From positions 160,001 through 224,000 of the forward strand of contig CAWDYC010000005.1 of NCBI GenBank assembly GCA_963806535.1: a stretch of DNA of 64,000 nucleotides, in the 5' to 3' direction. Below are positions 42,206-51,362 of the stretch, one piece after another; the stretch's first letter is position 1; each line of letters begins with the position of its first letter. The stretch comes from Candidatus Bathyarchaeota archaeon. Lineage in GTDB: Archaea > Thermoproteota > Bathyarchaeia > Bathyarchaeales > Bathycorpusculaceae. The notes below the pieces were generated by a model, which was given only the letters and a program-made list of their open reading frames with translations, ran no database searches and was not told the DNA's origin. A program made the position numbers and the translations under genes.

Positions 42206-42658
42206 TCACTTCAGCTCCGCATGCTTTGGATTAAGTTTCCCATAAAGCAATAATCCTTCAATTAAAAACAGAATCATTGCCACAGCAGTCATTCCGGTTA
42301 AGAAAAAGAAGCTTGTTTGGATAACTATAGCTTTTATTAGATAGCTTAACAATATAATTGCTATCTCGGCGGCGAATGCGCCTAGAAAAAAGAAGGAATA
42401 AAACATCAACCTTGGCACGAGGTTTTTGCCGACCCACACGTGCCCGTTGATGCTTGTTTTCTCTTTTAGAATATAGTTGCCATACTCGTTTTTCTCAATT
42501 AACCCGAACTCTTCCAGCTTTTGCAGATGCCTGTGAGCGACGCTTGTACTGCTAAGATTTGCTCCTCTTGTGACGTCTCTTGTGCCTACAGGTTTAGCGA
42601 CACGCACAATGTATGCATAGACATTTAATGTGTTGCCTTCAAGTTCTTCGTTAGCCAA
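42206..42658 (-). CDS. Membrane-anchored winged-helix regulator (LexA-like DNA-binding domain + 2 TM), module 2
   Basis: PVGTRDVTRGANLSSTSVAHRHLQKLEEFGLIEK; clear paralog of 40512..40997. Confidence 0.85.
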   Translation of the reverse strand: MANEELEGNTLNVYAYIVRVAKPVGTRDVTRGANLSSTSVAHRHLQKLEEFGLIEKNEYGNYILKEKTSINGHVWVGKNLVPRLMFYSFFFLGAFAAEIAIILLSYLIKAIVIQTSFFFLTGMTAVAMILFLIEGLLLYGKLNPKHAELK

Positions 42659-42671
42659 AGTTGCCGCATCC

Positions 42672-43514
42672 TTAAGGTTTGGTTTGCGTGTTAAAAGGGG
42701 ATCCTAAGTTGGTTTGTGAAAGTTGGTCTTGAGGTATCATGGTGTTGTAAAGAAATCCTCCGTTATATGGTGTGAGTTCTATATGTTGGATAATGGTGTT
42801 GTCTGCTGGGGTAGTTATAGTTGAGTTGGCTTCGATTGTAATGTAGCCTAGTCTTCGTATATCAATGGATATTGTGTGGGCATTTTCGATGTTTCCTGTT
42901 TGTTCCCGCTGAATGTCAATCCAACTGCTTGTCATGTTTATGCCTTGTAACGCAAAAACTGTATAATTTTCGTGGATATCTGATTTTGCGGGGGTTGCGA
43001 GTTTTCCGTTGAAGTTTGGTAGAAACAGAAAATAGTTGTAGGTTGGAAAGCTGTTGTTAAAGTATTGTTGTTGAGTGATAGCTTGTGAACCTGTTGTTAA
43101 AGTATTGTTGTTGTTAAAGTAGGTTTGAAGCCCGTTGAGCCATGTGTTATATGGGTTAATAGAGCCTGTACAGTTGGCGCCGATAAAGTAAGTCCAGTTT
43201 TGAATTGATCCTTGGTCAGAATAAACTTGTATTTGGTAGAATTCTATTCGACTGTTTGGGAGCGTTTTTATAGCGTCAGCATTTGTGGTGACTTTAAGCT
43301 CTACGTAGTATGCTTCAGCGAAAGTTGTATTTCCCGGTTTTGTTGTTGTGTCTGCTATCCAGTAGGCGTAAGGTACACTAAGATTAAACCATGGGTTCTC
43401 CTGTGACGTTGATGCTTGGGCGCCTCCTGACATAAAGAATTCTAGTGGCACTATTGAAGCAATTCCTATAGCTATTGCTAGAATTCCGCATAGTATCAGT
43501 TTTTTCTCAATCAT
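42672..43514 (-). CDS. Exported/N-anchored hypothetical protein (module 2, partner)
   Basis: KKLILCGILAIAIGIASIVPL, FNLSVPYAYW, HIELTPYNGGFLYN. Confidence 0.8.
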   Translation of the reverse strand: MIEKKLILCGILAIAIGIASIVPLEFFMSGGAQASTSQENPWFNLSVPYAYWIADTTTKPGNTTFAEAYYVELKVTTNADAIKTLPNSRIEFYQIQVYSDQGSIQNWTYFIGANCTGSINPYNTWLNGLQTYFNNNNTLTTGSQAITQQQYFNNSFPTYNYFLFLPNFNGKLATPAKSDIHENYTVFALQGINMTSSWIDIQREQTGNIENAHTISIDIRRLGYITIEANSTITTPADNTIIQHIELTPYNGGFLYNTMIPQDQLSQTNLGSPFNTQTKP

Positions 43515-43544
43515 TGGTTTTACGCCGCTCTATATTCCCTCAAG

Positions 43545-43603
43545 GCAGCTAATAATTCTCTCCCAAGAACAAAACATCTCCAAAGTGTTCTCAAAGAGAA
43601 CGG
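43545..43603 (-). promoter_or_regulatory. Promoter with two GTTCT..AGAA(C/T) boxes (left arm of inverted repeat)
   Basis: Boxes at 43587-43601 and 43555-43570, followed on the minus strand by TATTAG. Confidence 0.72.
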
Positions 43604-43720
43604 TCTCAAAAGAAGACTTACAGCTATCCTGTAGAGCGATTCACAACTTACCAAGCGGAAATGCCTTAGTATGCTCCAAGACTGCCTTTGCTGGCAAATC
43701 TATCGGCAGACATGCGTAAT

Positions 43721-43780
43721 CTGTTCTTTTTGAGAACAGTTAGGGCGCAAATGTGTTCTTCGGGGAGAATTATTAGCCGC
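43721..43780 (+). promoter_or_regulatory. Promoter with two GTTCT..AGAA(C/T) boxes (right arm of inverted repeat)
   Basis: Boxes at 43723-43737 and 43755-43770, followed by TATTAG. Confidence 0.72.
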
Positions 43781-43867
43781 TTTACTGGTTGGTTTAGCGG
43801 TGAAAAGTCAAATGAAGCATTACAAAACCAACTATAACCTTCAAAGAGATTTTTTGGGGGAAATTAC

Positions 43868-45193
43868 TTGGGAATCTTAACAAGGGCATTCAAAAATATC
43901 TCAAGGAGGAAAACCCGCTCACTCTTAGTTATTGTTGCATTGAGTCTTGCTTTAACACTGCTAATTATTTTGCCGCCAAGCATCAGCGCAAGCCAAGCAA
44001 CCACCAAACAAACAATTCACAACTTAACAGATAGCGCTTATATGATGGGTTCAACTGTAACTTTGGCAGCAACCGAAATAGACTGTAACATGGGCACCAA
44101 TTTTAGCTTTGCAGATTACCTGCCGGGCGGCACTTACTGGAACACCACCGCTACCCCGTTTATTCAATATAATACCTTTAACATCAGCGATTACTCAGGA
44201 TTAAGTGGCATCACAGACATCAAAACGGTGGTGCCCATTATTCATCAAAACGTTGAGGAGAACAAGTACGGTTCAGTCTATGGCATACCGTTAGATAACG
44301 CTTCTCTGCTCAAAGATTACCCGTCAATTTTGTCCGCGAACATTTCGCAAGGACGCAACCTTGAGGCTGGCGACATCGGCGTAGTTATAGTGCAAGAACG
44401 CTTAGCCAAAATCTTAAATGTTAACGTCGGCCAAGACCTTGCGCTTTCAGGGAAAAACTTCAAGATTGTAGGCATTGAAGGCACAGAACCAATCAATACA
44501 ACCGACATCACCATGAGCTTAATCGACGCCCAACTGCTAACCAATACAACTGGACAAGCCTCAGGATTCAAAATCTTTGTCGACAACATAAACAACGTAA
44601 ACACAGTCGAGTCACGCATCAAAAGCGACTACCCCAACCTGCCCGTTACGCAAGTTGGCTTATCTTTAGTTAACACAGCTCAGCAAGTGCAAGCCCAAAC
44701 CGACCAGCAAATAGCGGCAGCGCAAAACACCCTAAACCAAATACAAAACATCGGAATAGTGGAGATAAGCATCGCTGTTGTCGCCGACGCCGCCATAGTC
44801 CTCTTTATAATGCAGTACAGTGTCAGGGAGCGAACCAAAGAGATTGGTACCTTCAAAGCCATGGGCGCTGGTAACACAACGATTCTTGGGCAGTTCTTGT
44901 TTGAAGGCATACTGCTTAGCCTCGTCGCTGTCGTAATCGCCTTGGCTGCCGATGCAGTCAGCGCAACAACCTTAGCCAATCTGCTGTTGCCTCATCCTGT
45001 TGAATCCGGACAAAACTACGTTATGTCGGCAAATGGGCATCTGACCATTTTGCCAGCCATCGTCGTCAACATGACGCCGCAGCTTATTCTCGGCGGTGTA
45101 GGCTTTGCAGTCGTATTAGGTGCTGTTGGAAGTTTGTATCCGGCTTTGAAAGCGGCAAGAACCAGACCAGCGCAGGCGATGAGATATGAATGA
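43868..45193 (+). CDS. MacB/FtsX-type ABC transporter permease
   Basis: RRKTRSLL, large extracellular domain, SVRERTKEIGTFKAMGA, YPALKAARTRPAQAMRYE. Confidence 0.92.
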   Translation: MGILTRAFKNISRRKTRSLLVIVALSLALTLLIILPPSISASQATTKQTIHNLTDSAYMMGSTVTLAATEIDCNMGTNFSFADYLPGGTYWNTTATPFIQYNTFNISDYSGLSGITDIKTVVPIIHQNVEENKYGSVYGIPLDNASLLKDYPSILSANISQGRNLEAGDIGVVIVQERLAKILNVNVGQDLALSGKNFKIVGIEGTEPINTTDITMSLIDAQLLTNTTGQASGFKIFVDNINNVNTVESRIKSDYPNLPVTQVGLSLVNTAQQVQAQTDQQIAAAQNTLNQIQNIGIVEISIAVVADAAIVLFIMQYSVRERTKEIGTFKAMGAGNTTILGQFLFEGILLSLVAVVIALAADAVSATTLANLLLPHPVESGQNYVMSANGHLTILPAIVVNMTPQLILGGVGFAVVLGAVGSLYPALKAARTRPAQAMRYE

Positions 45194-45914
45194 TTCAGTT
45201 TTAAAAACTGAGAACCTAACCAAATCGTACAAGCTTGGCAAACGAGACGTGCAACCCCTGACCAACCTGAACCTTGAAGTGGCAAAAGGCGAGTTCGTAG
45301 CTGTCATGGGTCCCAGCGGCAGCGGCAAAACCACTCTGCTCAACATCATTGGCTGTATCGACAGGGCAACAAGCGGCAAAGTCTTCCTGGACGGCGTGGA
45401 CGTCGCGCAACTGCCCGAATCGCAGTTGTACAAGATACGCCGTGACAAAATCGGCTTCATCTTCCAAAACTTCAACCTTGTACCCTACCTCAACGCCCGC
45501 GAAAACGTGGAGTTGGCCATGGAGCTTGCAGGCAAATTCCCGAATCAAAGAAAAGACAGAGCCAAACAGCTTCTTGCCACTGTAGGTTTATCAGGGCGAG
45601 AACAACACCGACCTCAACGGCTAAGCCAAGGAGAACAGCAACGAGTCGCTATAGCCAGAGCCTTAGCTAACGACCCTGCCATCATTTTGGCTGATGAACC
45701 TACAGGAAACTTGGATGCAACCAACAAACAAGAAATTGTAAAACTTCTATCTGACCTTAACCAGAAACAAGGCACAACCATCATAATGGTAACGCACGAC
45801 GAACAAGTGGCGGGGCAGACACAACGTATGCTATACCTCAGTGAAGGAAGAATTGTCCAAGACAAACAAGCCCAAAGCAGTCAACCGCAAACAAAGGAGC
45901 GCTCTCAACAATGA
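45186..45914 (+). CDS. MacB/LolD-type ABC ATPase
   Basis: GPSGSGKTT, IGFIFQNFNL, LSQGEQQRVAIARAL, ADEPTGNLD, VTHD. Confidence 0.95.
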   Translation: MNDSVLKTENLTKSYKLGKRDVQPLTNLNLEVAKGEFVAVMGPSGSGKTTLLNIIGCIDRATSGKVFLDGVDVAQLPESQLYKIRRDKIGFIFQNFNLVPYLNARENVELAMELAGKFPNQRKDRAKQLLATVGLSGREQHRPQRLSQGEQQRVAIARALANDPAIILADEPTGNLDATNKQEIVKLLSDLNQKQGTTIIMVTHDEQVAGQTQRMLYLSEGRIVQDKQAQSSQPQTKERSQQ

Positions 45915-47107
45915 AACCATCAGCGACCAAAACAGTGGGTGTATGCTGCATCCTTCTCTTCCTGTTTCTTTGCGTTTTTACTTTCCTGCCTTACACGGCT
46001 CACGCATCTTCCGATGCGTCGGCAACGGTGACTGTAGGCGGTACTCCTTTTTCGGTGGCTATAACCCCTGACGGCAAGTACGCCTATGTTCCTATTTCCG
46101 ACAAGATTTCGGTGATAGATACGGCTGTGAACAGGGTTACGGCGACAGTGAACGTTAGGGGCTCTATGGGTATAGTCATAGCGTCTGATGGCAAATATGC
46201 CTATACTATAAATTCAGTTCAAGACCCTAAAGCTGGCACTGCAAATTTTGTCTCGGTCATAAGTACCACTACAAACAAGGTAACTAAGACAATACCCCTT
46301 GATGGCAACCCTAATGGTTTAGCCATAGCGCCAAACGGTGAATACGTTTATGTGGCTGAAGGCGACGAGAAAAATGGTAACATCGGTTATGTTGCGGTTA
46401 TTAGCACAGCCACCAGCCAAGTTAAGGCGGCGGTAGCTGTTACAGGCACTTCTCAGGCCGTAGCGGTAACCCCCAATAGCCAATACGCGTATGCGGCATG
46501 TCAAATCAACGCAGGCAGCGGCGAGGTTTCAGTGATAGATACGGCTACGAATACGGTCGCGGCGACGATTCCTGTGGGGTTGGGTCCTCAGAGCTTGGCT
46601 GTAACACCCGACGGCGCACATGTTTATGTCACAAATCAAGGTAACAATTCAGTGTCGGTGATAAACACAGCTAGCAATACCGTGACGGCGACGATAACGG
46701 GTTTAAGTTTTCCTTACGGTGTAGCTTTAACCCCAAACAGTGAATATGCTTACGTTACCTGCCAAGACCTTGACAACTGGGCTGGCTTAGCTTCAGTGAT
46801 AGATACAGCCACAAACAAAGTAACGGCTACAGTAAACCTTGTTCAATACCCATACGGCATAGCCATAACTCCAAATGGAGACTACGCCTATGTCGCAGAT
46901 GGCGTTAACGGCACATTATCCGTGATAAACACCGCGGATAACCAAGTGCTACCTGTTTCTTCCCCTGAACCAGAAAACCCAAGTTTCCCTGCTCAATGGC
47001 TAATAATCACTATAGTTGCAATTGCCGTTGTTATGATAGGCGTAATTGCTTCTGTTGTTTTTAAGAAAAAACAAAAAAGCCAAGCTGACCGGAGCCGAAA
47101 CGTATGA
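45911..47107 (+). CDS. YVTN/YncE beta-propeller surface protein with C-terminal TM anchor
   Basis: About seven repeats of P.GIAITPDG.YAYV..VSVIDTATN.V.ATI; TM plus KKKQK. Confidence 0.9.
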   Translation: MKPSATKTVGVCCILLFLFLCVFTFLPYTAHASSDASATVTVGGTPFSVAITPDGKYAYVPISDKISVIDTAVNRVTATVNVRGSMGIVIASDGKYAYTINSVQDPKAGTANFVSVISTTTNKVTKTIPLDGNPNGLAIAPNGEYVYVAEGDEKNGNIGYVAVISTATSQVKAAVAVTGTSQAVAVTPNSQYAYAACQINAGSGEVSVIDTATNTVAATIPVGLGPQSLAVTPDGAHVYVTNQGNNSVSVINTASNTVTATITGLSFPYGVALTPNSEYAYVTCQDLDNWAGLASVIDTATNKVTATVNLVQYPYGIAITPNGDYAYVADGVNGTLSVINTADNQVLPVSSPEPENPSFPAQWLIITIVAIAVVMIGVIASVVFKKKQKSQADRSRNV

Positions 47108-48417
47108 GTATACTGAGCCGAGCAGTAAGAAACATCACCAGAAGAAAAACACGGTCGCTCCTTGTGATATTGGCTTTGAGTTTCGCCTTGGCGATGATAA
47201 TCTCTATCCCTGCAAGCATTGCCGCAAGCAAAGCCACCACTCAGCAAACCATTGATAACTTAACAGCCAATGCCAGAGCAGTTGATGACACGATAAATCA
47301 GGTGGCAAGGGAAATAGATTGCCAGCTTCCAGGGGTTTCTATTCCTGATTCAGGACCTAATCACGATGAAACCGTCGTTGAACAACCTCTTATGAACATA
47401 ACCGATTATTATGATAACATCACATCAACTTCGCATGTGGTCAGCGTCATACCCATACTTGATCAGGTAGAATACAGTGGCAACTTTGCATACAACGTCT
47501 ATGGCATACCATTGGATAATGGCACTTTGCTAGATGATTATCCATCGATTTTGCCCTCGAACATCACCTCTGGGCGAAACCTGCAGGCAGGTGATACTGG
47601 CGTGATTGTTCTACAGGAGCGTCTTGCACAAAACTTGGGTGCAACTGTTGGTGGAACAGTTAACATTTTAGATGAAGCCTTCAAGGTTGTAGGTATCGAA
47701 GGCTACACCCCAATAAGCGAAACCGCCGCATACATGAGTCTATGTGAAGCCCAAACCATAACTAACAATGTTGGAAACGCAACCAGCCTCAAAGTGTTCG
47801 CCGACAGCATCAGCAACGTACAGGATATTTCTCAAAGCATCGGCGCCAACTTCCCCAAATTATCCGTTTCAATAGCCGCAACTTTGCTGGATTCAATTGA
47901 CCAGATGCAAACCCAAACTGCCCAGCAACTTCAAAACGCAAAAGCAACCATGGATCAAATCCAAAGCGCTGGTACAGTTGAAATAGAAATTGTTGTCATT
48001 GTAGCCGGGGCAATCGTATTTTTCATCATGCTATACACCGTGCGTGAACGGACAAGAGAAATCGGAACCCTCAAAGCTTTAGGCGCCAGCAACATAGTTA
48101 TTTTGGGGCAGTTTATGCTTGAGGGCATACTGCTAAGTTTAATCGCAGGTTTAGTCGGCATTGCAATCGGAGTATTCGGCGCAACATCCCTTGCCAACCT
48201 GCTGCTTCCACACCCAGCTCAAGCCATCAACACTTCAAATTCAACAGCGGGCGTAACCATTCCAACTTCTACGTCAGCAGCTATCTCTGTAACCGTTACC
48301 CCTGAACTTGTGCTGCTTGGCTTAGTTGCTGCAGTATTGTTAGGCGCAATAGGCAGTTTGTATCCCGCGTGGCGAGCAGCAAGAACCAGACCAGCAGAGG
48401 CCATGCGATATGACTGA
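47104..48417 (+). CDS. Second MacB/FtsX-type ABC permease (paralog of 43868)
   Basis: RRKTRSLL, VYGIPLDN..YPSIL, VRERTREIGTLKALGA, YPAWRAARTRPAEAMRYD. Confidence 0.92.
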   Translation: MSILSRAVRNITRRKTRSLLVILALSFALAMIISIPASIAASKATTQQTIDNLTANARAVDDTINQVAREIDCQLPGVSIPDSGPNHDETVVEQPLMNITDYYDNITSTSHVVSVIPILDQVEYSGNFAYNVYGIPLDNGTLLDDYPSILPSNITSGRNLQAGDTGVIVLQERLAQNLGATVGGTVNILDEAFKVVGIEGYTPISETAAYMSLCEAQTITNNVGNATSLKVFADSISNVQDISQSIGANFPKLSVSIAATLLDSIDQMQTQTAQQLQNAKATMDQIQSAGTVEIEIVVIVAGAIVFFIMLYTVRERTREIGTLKALGASNIVILGQFMLEGILLSLIAGLVGIAIGVFGATSLANLLLPHPAQAINTSNSTAGVTIPTSTSAAISVTVTPELVLLGLVAAVLLGAIGSLYPAWRAARTRPAEAMRYD

Positions 48418-48539
48418 GTCAATGCTGAAAAATAGAAAATTCTCAGCTGTCATACTTAAATGAAATTAAGAGTTAAACAACAGCACCAATACAGTGTGGA
48501 AATAAAATCGACCTTAAAAACCTGAACAACCTGAGATAT

Positions 48540-50240
48540 ATGTCAAAAAATACCCTAAACCTAAAACCAAAGCAAGCAATAACTCTTTTTCTTGCTTTTC
48601 TCTTGGTTCTTAGTTGTTTTGCTGATGGAGTAAGATTTGCTGGTGGAGAAACGACCATTTTCTCAACGCAGACAGATGGTTCTGCCACGGCAATAGCCGC
48701 TTTGGAAAACAGCATAGAGGATAATGGCGGTTGGAACAGTAGTTTGCAAACGATTTATGACGGCATTGCTTTAGGTCAAACAACGGTTAATCAGCTTCAG
48801 AATGCAGTGGATTCGATTAGCATTTCTTCTGCGTCCGCGGCTGAGTCCGTGTTTTACTGGTATTTTCAACTGAGCAAGTTCGGCGTTAGTATTAACGCAA
48901 CAACGATAGAGGCAGCGTTAAATGAAGCAACAATGCTGCCTAGCGTCGGCGGGTTACCTCACGATTACTCTAACTCGGGCACTGCATCTTTTGAGGTCTA
49001 CAACAGATACGATTTGTATGCTTATCAATGGGCTGCCCAGCTGGGCTACGAGACTTCCAAATGGAACCTAACTCAAGCCTACACAGTTTTCGACAATGCT
49101 ATCAACGAATCCGGCAAGCCTATTCTTTGGGTGGGTTGTAACGGTAAAGGTTCAGGCATAGGCTATGGGCCTAGATACTATGATGAGGGTGCTGAGACGA
49201 TTGACATGTACCTGACGTTTTGGTTACTAGGAATACCTGGTGGGTTAACGCAAGCCGAATATTGGTGGAACTGGGAAAACCTGCATCTATGGGATGCCAA
49301 CGACAGCGGCGACGGAGGCTTCTACAAATATGCAATCAATTGGACTGCCTTTGAATGCGAGGCTGGCGGGTTAGACCAGATAATTTGGAAACTCTATAAC
49401 TATGATCCATCAATACAAAATGTAACTAATTTATTCACTGACATGGAAACAAGAGCGCTTAGCCAAGGTTGGAGTAGCCCCCAGTGGGCTGACAATGTTG
49501 CAGTGCATGCGTCAGGCGTGAACGGCAGTGCCATCAACTCGCAGGAGCGGTTGGAAAACACAATTATGTCTTGGGCAGCCATACTTGGACTTTACGGTAA
49601 CATGACTGGCACAATGCAAAGTCAAGTGCAAGCCCTGTTAGATGGCTCGGCAGGTTCCGCTCCAGCGTGGAATCTAACATTGCAAAGCAAATTGTACGAT
49701 AACGATACAGACCTGTTCAAAGGCATCTCCGATGCTTCAGACAGTGTTGAAGATACAGCGGATGGCGCTGCCTTATTGATGCTGTTGTCTACGGTTCCAG
49801 TGACAGGTTCGTTGGCGGTGCCTTTGCAAGATTGCACTTATCAAGATATTAACGGGGTAATTGACGGTGGAGTCAGCAGCATAGACCTTGCAAGTAGAAC
49901 TGTAATAGTAAGCGTTGCCAAGCCAGGAACATTTCTATCCTTGTTTGGAACAGACATTTTCGAATATAATATTAGTACTGCAGGTGTTTGGCAGCTAACT
50001 TTCGGCAACAACTGGAACAGCATTACCTCCCAAACCTTTGTATCCACGCTGCCTAGCTCAAGAATATATATTGGTGTCGTAGGCTCCACGCCTTTATCCG
50101 CTTCAACCCCAACAATCTCCGCAATTTCAGATCCACCAGTGTACAACGCTGAGTTTCCATCAATAGCTATAGCTTTAATGATACTTTTGGCAGTTTCAGC
50201 AACAATATCAGTCTTTATTAAAAAACGGACAAACAGATAA
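48540..50240 (+). CDS. Large exported hypothetical protein with PEF-CTERM-like anchor
   Basis: Signal segment, W/Y/D/E-rich body, C-terminal AEFPS + TM + KKR. Confidence 0.78.
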   Translation: MSKNTLNLKPKQAITLFLAFLLVLSCFADGVRFAGGETTIFSTQTDGSATAIAALENSIEDNGGWNSSLQTIYDGIALGQTTVNQLQNAVDSISISSASAAESVFYWYFQLSKFGVSINATTIEAALNEATMLPSVGGLPHDYSNSGTASFEVYNRYDLYAYQWAAQLGYETSKWNLTQAYTVFDNAINESGKPILWVGCNGKGSGIGYGPRYYDEGAETIDMYLTFWLLGIPGGLTQAEYWWNWENLHLWDANDSGDGGFYKYAINWTAFECEAGGLDQIIWKLYNYDPSIQNVTNLFTDMETRALSQGWSSPQWADNVAVHASGVNGSAINSQERLENTIMSWAAILGLYGNMTGTMQSQVQALLDGSAGSAPAWNLTLQSKLYDNDTDLFKGISDASDSVEDTADGAALLMLLSTVPVTGSLAVPLQDCTYQDINGVIDGGVSSIDLASRTVIVSVAKPGTFLSLFGTDIFEYNISTAGVWQLTFGNNWNSITSQTFVSTLPSSRIYIGVVGSTPLSASTPTISAISDPPVYNAEFPSIAIALMILLAVSATISVFIKKRTNR

Positions 50241-50262
50241 CGCAAAAGCCTTTGATTATAGA

Positions 50263-50742
50263 TTACTGATTTACTTTTAGAACTAGCTCCGCGACTCTTT
50301 TACCTAGTGTTTCGCATTCGGTAAGGTCTTCTTTTGTTGGTGCACCTGTAACGGCGACGCCGTAGTGTTTGTCATCTGCTCTACCCTGTACAATCACCCC
50401 GTGAATCAACATCGCATGTACAATGGACAGAAGCGTGGTTTCGCCGCCTGAAGCGGTTCCACCGCTGCTTGTGAAAGCGCCGCCAACCTTGCCTGTTAAG
50501 TTTTTTGTGAACTTTTATTGAGTCGTCGATGACGGCTTTGAGTTTGGCTGACATTTGCCCAAAATATGTCGGCGACCCCATAATTATGCCGTCAGCTGCA
50601 AGAAGGTCGCTGCTTTTTGTTTGCTCTGCTCTCTTCGCTGTCACTTCTACGTCGCCTGCCTTTTCTGCTCCTTTGCCACAGCTAAAGCCATCTTTTCAGT
50701 GTTACCCGACCTTGAATTATAAACAACCAAGGTTTTCGGCAT
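50263..50742 (-). CDS. Flavodoxin / WrbA-like NAD(P)H oxidoreductase (two indels)
   Basis: Across frames: MPKTLVVYNSRSGNTEKMA..GSPTYFG..GKVGGAFTSSGG..GGETTL..HYG. Confidence 0.82.
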
Positions 50743-50746
50743 AGTT

Positions 50747-51310
50747 TCACTTCACTATTTCCTTGATTACGTCGTTAACCATCATTATTTTGGCGTTGTA
50801 AACGTTTTCTAAGTATTTTAGACCTTGTTCTTGGTCTTCTTTAGTGAATGCTTCTACCCCATCTTCTGCGATCACTATGTGATAGCCTCGGAAATATGCG
50901 TCAGCAGCCGTGTGTCGTACGCATGTGTGAGCGTGTAAACCGCCGAGAACCACCGTTTTTGCTCCTTCGCCGTTGTAGAGGCTGCGAAGAAGTGGGTCCA
51001 AACCTGTTTCAAAGAAACCGCTGTAAGTTCGCTTCTCAACTATGTAATCCTTGCCTTCTTCGGACTTAAGCTCAGGAATAACTTCTGCACCTTTGGTTCC
51101 TTTTATGGCATGGGTGCCCCATTTTCTAGCAACCTCAACATCCTGAGGATAATGGGCGTCATTGCAATAAATAACTGGTACATCGTTTTTGCGGGCAGCC
51201 ACCACTAGTCTTTGTAGCGGCGGAATAACGGTTTTTGCGCGATTAACTTCTAAGGCCCCTATGAAAAAATCATTTAATAAATCAATAAGTATGATAGCTG
51301 GCTTATCCAA
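50747..51310 (-). CDS. Isochorismatase-family cysteine hydrolase
   Basis: IDLLNDF, EKRTYSGF, GLHAHTCVRHT; TTG start at 51310 avoids overlap with the upstream gene. Confidence 0.9.
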   Translation of the reverse strand: MDKPAIILIDLLNDFFIGALEVNRAKTVIPPLQRLVVAARKNDVPVIYCNDAHYPQDVEVARKWGTHAIKGTKGAEVIPELKSEEGKDYIVEKRTYSGFFETGLDPLLRSLYNGEGAKTVVLGGLHAHTCVRHTAADAYFRGYHIVIAEDGVEAFTKEDQEQGLKYLENVYNAKIMMVNDVIKEIVK

Positions 51311-51362
51311 AAATTTTTCACTCTCATCTAGATAAATTCCTGAGATGCTTTTTAGTTTTACT

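Noticed and set aside
43545-43780. Inverted repeat as a MITE or invertible switch
   Set aside because: Conservation is limited to the boxes and TATA-like element; no target-site duplication or recombinase was seen. Reported as paired promoters instead.
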